A stretch of 12,271 nt of DNA from Bdellovibrionales bacterium (GTDB lineage: Bacteria > Bdellovibrionota > Bdellovibrionia > Bdellovibrionales > UBA840): NCBI GenBank assembly GCA_037969075.1, contig JBBKWS010000126.1:1-12271 (forward strand), read 5' to 3'. The notes beneath the pieces are model-generated. The model was not told the DNA's origin, made no database searches, and saw only the letters and a program-made list of their open reading frames with translations. Shown here one piece after another: positions 6,313 through 12,271 of the stretch; positions within the stretch are counted from its first letter, which is position 1; each line of letters begins with the position of its first letter. Position numbers and translations under genes: made by a program.

Positions 6313-6341
6313 TTGCCAATAAACCATTGGATAGCTATCTT
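6313..6341 (+). promoter_or_regulatory. putative sigma70 promoter of the acyl-CoA dehydrogenase
   Basis: TTGCCA-17 nt-TATCTT, followed by SD AAGGAG (6364-6369) and ATG6378. Confidence 0.55.
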
Positions 6342-6377
6342 TTTATATTCATTAATTCTGATTAAGGAGATACCGCA

Positions 6378-7532
6378 ATGGATACACGCCCAGCTCTAAC
6401 TACATTCTCTGATGACGAAATCGCATTTCGTGATGCTGTAAGAAGTTTTGCAGAAGGTGAAATTAAGCCCATCCGATTACAAATGGATGAAAAAGCACAG
6501 ATGGATCCAAGCCTCCTTCCAAAACTCTTTGAAATGGGCTTAATGGGAATCGAAACACCAGAAGCTTATGGCGGGTCAAACACTTCTTTTACCATGGCTT
6601 GCATTGCCGTAGAAGAAATTTCTAGAGTAGATGGCTCAGTCGGAGTGCTTGTTGATGTACAAAATACTTTAGTAACCAACGCTCTTTTAAAGCATTGTAC
6701 TGATGCACAAAAACAAAAATTTTTACCTAAAATGGCTACAGAGTGGGTGGCGTCTTATTGCCTATCAGAGTCTTCTTCTGGATCAGATGCATTTGCTCTA
6801 AAATTGAAGGCCGAAGATAAGGGCGATACCTTTGTATTAAACGGTCATAAACTTTGGATCACCAATGCATATGAAGCTAATTTATTTTTAGTGTTTGCAA
6901 ACCTAAACCCAGAACAAGGATATAAAGGTATTACTGCATTTGTTGTTGAAAGAGGTATGAAGGGTTTCACCGTTGGCAAAAAAGAAGACAAGCTAGGAAT
7001 AAGAGCCAGCTCAACTTGCGAATTGATTTTTGAAAACTGCATAGTACCAAAAGAAAATGTAATTGGACAACTTGGTAAAGGCTATAAAATTGCCATCGAA
7101 ACCCTAAATGAGGGACGCATCGGTATTGGCGCGCAAATGATAGGGATTGCAGGTGGTGCCTATGAAGCAGCCTTAGAGTACATTAAGGGCCGCGAACAAT
7201 TTGGTAAATCTTTAAGTGCATTTCAAGGTGTGCAATTTCAACTAGCTGAAATGCGCATTGATTTAGAGGCAGCGAGACTTCTAGTATACAACGCAGCTAG
7301 ATTAAAAGATGCTGGCAAAGACTTCGTAGAAGAAGCAGCCATTGCTAAATATTATTCTTCAAAAGCAGCGGAGAGAATTACTTCCATGGCCATTGACCTA
7401 TTTGGCGGAAATGGTTTTACCAAAGAATACCCTGTTGAAAAATTTTGGCGGGATGCAAAGGTTGGCCAAATCTATGAGGGTACAAGTAATATGCAATTAC
7501 AAACCATTGCTAAATTAGAACTATCTAAATAA
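6378..7532 (+). CDS. acyl-CoA dehydrogenase, short/branched-chain (ACADSB-like)
   Basis: CLSESSSGSDAFAL, LNGHKLWITNA, GKKEDKLGIRASSTCEL, LNEGRIGIGAQ, REQFGK, GGNGFTKEYPVEKFWRDAKVGQIYEGTSN with the catalytic Glu in IYEG; the subfamily call rests on recalled similarity (DVQNTL, SDAFAL). Confidence 0.95.
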   Translation: MDTRPALTTFSDDEIAFRDAVRSFAEGEIKPIRLQMDEKAQMDPSLLPKLFEMGLMGIETPEAYGGSNTSFTMACIAVEEISRVDGSVGVLVDVQNTLVTNALLKHCTDAQKQKFLPKMATEWVASYCLSESSSGSDAFALKLKAEDKGDTFVLNGHKLWITNAYEANLFLVFANLNPEQGYKGITAFVVERGMKGFTVGKKEDKLGIRASSTCELIFENCIVPKENVIGQLGKGYKIAIETLNEGRIGIGAQMIGIAGGAYEAALEYIKGREQFGKSLSAFQGVQFQLAEMRIDLEAARLLVYNAARLKDAGKDFVEEAAIAKYYSSKAAERITSMAIDLFGGNGFTKEYPVEKFWRDAKVGQIYEGTSNMQLQTIAKLELSK

Positions 7533-7540
7533 TATCAACG

Positions 7541-7601
7541 TTTCCGCAGGGCTTTTTTAACTGCGGAAATCCCTAAAACTAGACTTAACATAGTCTGTTT
7601 T
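7541..7601 (+). terminator. two tandem hairpins after the acyl-CoA dehydrogenase (probable terminator region)
   Basis: TTTCCGCAG (7541-7549)/CTGCGGAAA (7561-7569) perfect 9-bp stem; second stem AGACT (7581-7585)/AGTCT (7592-7596) followed by GTTTTT. Confidence 0.5.
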
Positions 7602-7662
7602 TCGTAGTCTGCGCAGAGTCCCAATGCACCATAACATACTGAAATCACTACACTAAACATTA

Positions 7663-7702
7663 TGTCACAGTTTCTTCACAATGTCTTAACCTAAGCTTCA
7701 AT
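7663..7702 (+). promoter_or_regulatory. array of four degenerate direct repeats with 11-bp period (OmpR/PhoB-type binding-site architecture)
   Basis: TGTCACA (7663), CTTCACA (7674), CTTAACC (7685), CTTCAAT (7696); candidate -10 TATTCT at 7723-7728 with no clear -35. Confidence 0.5.
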
Positions 7703-7780
7703 CATCTTTTATTTATCTCACCTATTCTATTGGAGTAGCAAGTTCACGTGATGTGACTTCAGTAACAAGGAGAGAAAGAA

Positions 7781-7969
7781 ATGTTATACTGGTCGATTAT
7801 GTTTTTCGTAGTTTCAATGGTGGCAGCACTATTTGGATTTGGTGGGGTCGCAGCAGCGAGTGCCGATATAGCGCAAATATTGTTTTTTATCTTTGCGGTT
7901 TTATTTGTAATTTCACTGGTTTTTACGTTGGCGCGAAAAGGCGATAACGTCATAAACAAAAACTTATAA
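7781..7969 (+). CDS. DUF1328 / UPF0391 (YtjA-like) small membrane protein
   Basis: MLYWSIMFFVVSMVAALFGFGGVAAASADIAQILFFIFAVLFVISL is the typical family pattern; SD AAGGAG upstream. Confidence 0.92.
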   Translation: MLYWSIMFFVVSMVAALFGFGGVAAASADIAQILFFIFAVLFVISLVFTLARKGDNVINKNL

Positions 7970-8006
7970 TTAATTTTATTACAACACATTCCTTAAGGAG
8001 GAATTT

Positions 8007-8255
8007 ATGAACGAACAAACACTTAAAGGTAACTGGAAGCAATTAAAAGGTAAAGTTAGAGAGCAGTGGGGTAAACTTACAGATGATGAAGTAGACACTA
8101 TTGGCGGAAGCTTTGACCAGCTAGTTGGCAAAGTGCAAGAAAAGTACGGTTACAAACTAGATGAAGCAAAAAAGAATGTGAATGATTTTGTAACAAATAT
8201 GAATACCAAAATCGGTGAAACGATTGATGGTAAAAAAGATAAAGATAAACATTAA
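8007..8255 (+). CDS. CsbD family (YjbJ-like) general stress protein
   Basis: KGNWKQLKGKVREQWGKLTDD...LVGKVQEKYG signature; SD AAGGAGG. Confidence 0.95.
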   Translation: MNEQTLKGNWKQLKGKVREQWGKLTDDEVDTIGGSFDQLVGKVQEKYGYKLDEAKKNVNDFVTNMNTKIGETIDGKKDKDKH

Positions 8256-8305
8256 AAAATGGGCTGTTAGGCCCTGTTTTATTAAACTTTAAAATGGAGG
8301 AAATC

Positions 8306-8776
8306 ATGGAACAGATGACATACGGAGACAAACTACAGTTCGATGTAAAGGCAGGTAAAGTTGAACATTTAGAAAGAATTTTGCGAGGAGAGATTTCTGC
8401 CGCAGAATCTTATGAAAGAGCCATTAAATTGTTTATGAAAGATAGAATTGCTGCAGATAAACTAGAGCAAATTCGCTATGAGCACGAAGAGGCCGTAAGA
8501 TTTTGGCAGAAGCACATTCAAAATGAAGGTATAGAAGCCGAAAAATCTTCAGGCGCTTGGGGCACAGTAGTCGAAGGTTTTGTAGCGACCGCTAAATTGC
8601 TAGGTGAAGACCTAACCACTAGCGCGTTACTTACTGGCGAAGAGCACGGTCTAAAAGAATACAAAGATATTCTTGAAGACGATAACATCGACCGTGATAC
8701 AAAGTCTTTTGTCAGTGAAGTATTAATACCTCGTCAAAAAAGACATATTAATATCTTAAAGACCATTAAACATTGA
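8306..8776 (+). CDS. DUF2383 / PA2169-like ferritin-like four-helix bundle protein
   Basis: LRGEISAAESYERAI, EHEEAV, SSGAWG, ALLTGEEHGLKEY, LIPRQKRHI patterns; start moved from ATG8294 to ATG8306 because GGAGG (8296-8300) precedes it. Confidence 0.85.
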   Translation: MEQMTYGDKLQFDVKAGKVEHLERILRGEISAAESYERAIKLFMKDRIAADKLEQIRYEHEEAVRFWQKHIQNEGIEAEKSSGAWGTVVEGFVATAKLLGEDLTTSALLTGEEHGLKEYKDILEDDNIDRDTKSFVSEVLIPRQKRHINILKTIKH

Positions 8777-8799
8777 GCTTTAGATTATTAGCAGTTTTT

Positions 8800-8832
8800 A
8801 GACCTGATGCCAGCGGTATCAGGTCTTTTTTT
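8800..8832 (+). terminator. Rho-independent terminator of the stress-gene trio
   Basis: AGACCTGATGCC-AGC-GGTATCAGGTCT 12-bp stem (one G-U) followed by a T run; lies between convergent genes and abuts the icmF stop. Confidence 0.85.
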
Positions 8833-11800
8833 ATAGATTGCGCCTGTACTGACCACCGACTTCATATAGCGCTTTTGACATTTGACCAAGCGAGCACGTC
8901 TTTGAAACCCTTAATAAAGCTTCAAATGTATTCTCCCCGCGCAGTGCGACCGATTTTAAATAGGCTAAATCATTTTGCGTTTCAGAACTGTTTTTAGACT
9001 GATAGGCTTTTAAATTATTTAGCTGCTGTAATTTTTCTTGTGGCTCTGCTCTTGCCATATCAATTTTTGGTGGCTCGTAACCTTCGACTGTTGTCTCGGG
9101 ATTTAAGTATGTGTTAACACCGATAATAGGAAGCTCACCCGTATGTTTTTGGTGCTCATAAAACATCGACTCGTCTTGGATCTTTGATCTTTGATACTGT
9201 GTCTCCATGGCACCAAGAACCCCACCTCTCTCATGCAATCTTTGAAACTCGGTAAGTACGGCTTCTTCTACTAATTCTGTTAGCTCATCAATGATGTAAG
9301 CACCCTGAGTTGGATTCTCACATTTAGCTACCCCAAACTCTTTATTGATAATCATTTGTATCGCCATGGCACGCCTAACAGACTCCTCTGTAGGAGTCGT
9401 AATAGCCTCATCATACGCATTGGTATGAAGCGAATTACAGTTATCTTGCAGAGCTAAGAGAGCCTGCAGCGTGGTTCTAATATCATTAAAATCAATTTCT
9501 TGCGCATGTAAAGATCTACCAGAGGTTTGTATATGATACTTTAGTTTTTGCGACCTATCATTAGCACCGTAAAGCTCTTTCATTGCAATGGCCCAAATAC
9601 GCCTAGCCACGCGCCCGATTACTGCATACTCAGGATCTAGCCCGTTACTAAAAAAGAAAGAAAGATTCGGTGCGATCACATCAATATGGAGCCCACGAGA
9701 CAGATAATATTCTACATACGTAAAACCATTTGCAAGCGTAAAAGCTAACTGCGAAATAGGGTTCGCCCCTGCTTCTGCAATATGATAGCCCGAGATACTA
9801 ACTGAATAAAAGTTTTTAATTTTATTGTTAACAAAATACTCTTGCATATCGCCCATCATTTTTAATGAGAAATCTAGTGAAAATATACAGGTGTTTTGCG
9901 CCTGATCCTCTTTTAAAATATCGGCCTGAACCGTACCTCTAACATTTTGTAATGCAAATGCTTTACACTCTAATACTTCCGCATCGGTGAGGTTACGTTT
10001 TAAGTCTTTTTGTTTTTTCTCAACTTCTTGTTCGATAGCTGTATTAAAAAAGTAGGCCAAGATCATTGGCGCAGGTCCATTAATAGTCATGCTTACTGAA
10101 GTCATGGGATTTGTTAAATCAAAACCAGCGTAAAGCTTTTTCATGTCATCTAGAGTGCATATACTAACACCTGACTCCCCGACTTTACCGTAGATATCTG
10201 GTCTCTCATCCGGATCTTCTCCGTAAAGCGTTACCGAATCAAATGCTGTTGATAATCTTTTTGCGGTATCATTTTTTGATAAATAGTGAAATCTACGATT
10301 GGTTCTCTCTGGACTTCCTTCACCGGCAAATTGCCTTTTAGGATCTTCATTGTCTCTTTTTAACGGAAACACACCCGCAGTGTACGGAAAGTATCCCGGT
10401 GCATTTTCTAGACGCATAAATCGAAATTGATCTCCCCAGTCTGTAAGTTTCGGCAAACTTACCTTAGGAATTTGCGTGCCGCTTAAGCTGGTTGTAAATA
10501 AGTCCTGCTTGATTTCTTTATCTCTAACTTTATAGATAAATTGTTTTTCGTGATAGGCTTTTTGCAACTGCGCATATTGGTGAATGACTTCAGTGTCATC
10601 TTTTGTAACTTCTTTTAATAAATCTGTCTCTAGCTTTTTTACATCAGGCATATCTACTTTTAGAGCGTCAATCGCCCCAAGTTTTGATAAAATCAATGCT
10701 TTTTTTTGCGTGTTTTTTTTATACGTCCTTACTGACTTAACAATATCCATTAAATAAGGAGCTCTATCTGGTGGAATGATGGTTTGCTTTACTGTTTCTT
10801 TGAGGTCGTCCAAAAAGGCTTTTGATATTACAAAGTCCTTATTGTCTTCTGCCAATTTACCAGCAAGAGATAAAAATAATTGATTTACTCCACCATCATT
10901 AAACTGTGATGCCTGACATAAATACACGGGTAAATCGTTATCATTGGCGTTAAATTGCTTTCTTGATCTTTTATACTGTTTTTTAACGTCATGTAGAGCA
11001 TCTTCTGATCCCCTGCGGTCCGCTTTGTTGATTACAATAAAATCAGCATAATCAATCATATCAATTTTTTCTAACTGTGATTGCGCCCCAAACTCAGAAG
11101 TCATTACATACATACTTAGGTCACTAACCTCAGTAATTCTAGATGCTGCCTGCCCAATACCTGACGTTTCAGCAATTAAAAATTCAAAGCCTTGCTCTTT
11201 TAAAAGATTCAATACATTTGGCAGAGCGTCTGCCACTTCACTACCAGAACCACGTGAAGCAAGGGATCTCATAAATAAACCAGGGCGAGAAAGTGAATTC
11301 ATTCGAATACGATCACCAAGTAATGCGCCGCCGGTCTTCTTTTTTGTTGGGTCAACACATACTACGGCCGCTGTTTTGTCTGCGAAGGCATTTTTATATC
11401 TGTGAAGCAACTCATCAATCAAACTTGATTTTCCAGCCCCACCAGTGCCTGTAATTCCTAGAGTAGAAGCTTTTTTAGCAGAACTTATAGGATGTAAAGT
11501 ATTTTTGAATTCAGTTTTTAATTCAACAGCAGTAATTAAAAGACCAAGGTCACGACATTGCATTAACCATTCATTTGTATACTTATCTTTTTTGACTTCA
11601 GCTTTTTTAGCAGCAGCAAGTAGATCATAGTCTGAACCTTCGATGACCATTTGGATCATACCCTCAAGCCCTAATTTTCTACCGTCTTCTGGATGAAATA
11701 TTTGTGCAATACCGTAGGCTTCCAACTCGCGCTTTTCATCAAATACAATTACACCGCCGCCGCCACCATAAATTTTGATATAGCTTGCGCCGTTAGCGTC

Positions 11801-12049
11801 TAGAAGATCTCGCATATATTTGAAGTATTCCATATGCCCGCCCTGGTAAGAGCTGATACAAATACTTTGCGCCCCTTCTTGCAGAGCAGCCGTAACAACA
11901 TCTTGTACAGACCGGTTATGCCCTAAGTGAATTACCTCTGCGCCAAAATCCTGTAAAATTCGTCGCATAATATTGATCGAAGCATCATGACCATCAAAGA
12001 GGCTGGCTGCAGTAATAATACGAATGGGATGCTTAGCAGTGTAAGACAT
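8831..12049 (-). CDS. icmF: fused isobutyryl-CoA mutase / MeaI GTPase (AdoCbl-dependent)
   Basis: N-terminal cobalamin-binding domain (FDGHDASINIMRRILQ), P-loop GTGGAGKSS, LLGDRIRMN, ETSGIGQ, NKAD, then mutase barrel (FPYTAGVFP, RQFAGEG, RLSTAFD, RGTVQADILKE, SISGYHIAEAG, LHTNAYDEA); 1072 aa. Confidence 0.95.
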   Translation of the reverse strand: MSYTAKHPIRIITAASLFDGHDASINIMRRILQDFGAEVIHLGHNRSVQDVVTAALQEGAQSICISSYQGGHMEYFKYMRDLLDANGASYIKIYGGGGGVIVFDEKRELEAYGIAQIFHPEDGRKLGLEGMIQMVIEGSDYDLLAAAKKAEVKKDKYTNEWLMQCRDLGLLITAVELKTEFKNTLHPISSAKKASTLGITGTGGAGKSSLIDELLHRYKNAFADKTAAVVCVDPTKKKTGGALLGDRIRMNSLSRPGLFMRSLASRGSGSEVADALPNVLNLLKEQGFEFLIAETSGIGQAASRITEVSDLSMYVMTSEFGAQSQLEKIDMIDYADFIVINKADRRGSEDALHDVKKQYKRSRKQFNANDNDLPVYLCQASQFNDGGVNQLFLSLAGKLAEDNKDFVISKAFLDDLKETVKQTIIPPDRAPYLMDIVKSVRTYKKNTQKKALILSKLGAIDALKVDMPDVKKLETDLLKEVTKDDTEVIHQYAQLQKAYHEKQFIYKVRDKEIKQDLFTTSLSGTQIPKVSLPKLTDWGDQFRFMRLENAPGYFPYTAGVFPLKRDNEDPKRQFAGEGSPERTNRRFHYLSKNDTAKRLSTAFDSVTLYGEDPDERPDIYGKVGESGVSICTLDDMKKLYAGFDLTNPMTSVSMTINGPAPMILAYFFNTAIEQEVEKKQKDLKRNLTDAEVLECKAFALQNVRGTVQADILKEDQAQNTCIFSLDFSLKMMGDMQEYFVNNKIKNFYSVSISGYHIAEAGANPISQLAFTLANGFTYVEYYLSRGLHIDVIAPNLSFFFSNGLDPEYAVIGRVARRIWAIAMKELYGANDRSQKLKYHIQTSGRSLHAQEIDFNDIRTTLQALLALQDNCNSLHTNAYDEAITTPTEESVRRAMAIQMIINKEFGVAKCENPTQGAYIIDELTELVEEAVLTEFQRLHERGGVLGAMETQYQRSKIQDESMFYEHQKHTGELPIIGVNTYLNPETTVEGYEPPKIDMARAEPQEKLQQLNNLKAYQSKNSSETQNDLAYLKSVALRGENTFEALLRVSKTCSLGQMSKALYEVGGQYRRNL

Positions 12050-12271
12050 TTACTCTCCAATAAACTCTGGCTTTTGCTTATTAATAAAAGCCTTTACGCC
12101 AATTTGCATATCTTTAGATCTAAAAAGCTCTGAGAATAAAGTTCTTTCTAAATGAAGCCCTGGGTCGATGGATAAATCGTAGCCCTGCGTACTTGAACCC
12201 TTTATTGCCGTCATGGCAATAGGAGCAAGGCTTGCTATCTTATCAGCGGTCTTTCTTACCTCTTGCATAAG
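12050..12271 (-). CDS. enoyl-CoA hydratase/isomerase (crotonase family), 3' part only
   Basis: Frame open to the window edge; C-terminal crotonase pattern A..IASLAPIAM..IK...GL.LE...F..LF.S.D...GVKAFINKQKPEF.G; its TAA abuts the icmF ATG. Confidence 0.88.
   Translation of the reverse strand, partial: LMQEVRKTADKIASLAPIAMTAIKGSSTQGYDLSIDPGLHLERTLFSELFRSKDMQIGVKAFINKQKPEFIGE

Noticed and set aside
6316..6330. CCAAT-N5-ATTGG palindrome in the dehydrogenase promoter as a fatty-acid repressor operator
   Set aside because: Only 5-bp arms in AT-rich DNA; not supportable without comparative data.
6845..7042. - strand 65-aa ORF
   Set aside because: Antisense shadow within the acyl-CoA dehydrogenase.
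7744..7751. TCACGTGA palindrome upstream of DUF1328
   Set aside because: An 8-bp palindrome is expected by chance in a window this size; no supporting context.
7753..8331. Alternative ORFs 7753-7947 (+), 7759-7989 (-), 8098-8331 (-)
   Set aside because: Overlap clear DUF1328 and CsbD genes in other frames or strands.
8773..8997. + strand 74-aa ORF overlapping the DUF2383 stop
   Set aside because: Runs through the terminator and antisense into icmF.
11445..11630. + strand 61-aa ORF
   Set aside because: Antisense shadow within icmF.

Overview
AT-rich bacterial chromosomal window, most consistent with a Bdellovibrionota/deltaproteobacteria-like genome (inferred from gene content and style, not verified). 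Left to right: 3' end of an upstream CDS; a 2OG-Fe(II) oxygenase (isopenicillin N synthase-like) coupled to a small secreted protein; a second secreted protein behind a near-perfect sigma54 promoter; a minus-strand cluster of site-2 protease, scpA, scpB (both with long acidic extensions) and a ZnuA/TroA-type metal-binding protein; a 430-bp divergent intergenic region; a short/branched-chain acyl-CoA dehydrogenase; a general-stress trio (DUF1328, CsbD, DUF2383); and on the minus strand icmF plus the 3' end of an enoyl-CoA hydratase. No mobile elements, CRISPR, tRNA or rRNA were seen. The best lead is non-coding: in the intergenic region a correctly spaced sigma54 promoter (6190-6205) precedes a ~75-nt element with a strand-specific 13-bp hairpin and three C-rich tracts, separate from the downstream gene's own sigma70-like promoter. 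Two of these tracts are complementary to the G6 ribosome-binding site of the neighbouring scpA. This is a candidate unannotated sigma54-dependent anti-Shine-Dalgarno sRNA, and it remains an inference. An 11-bp-periodic OmpR/PhoB-type repeat array upstream of the stress trio is a second regulatory lead.
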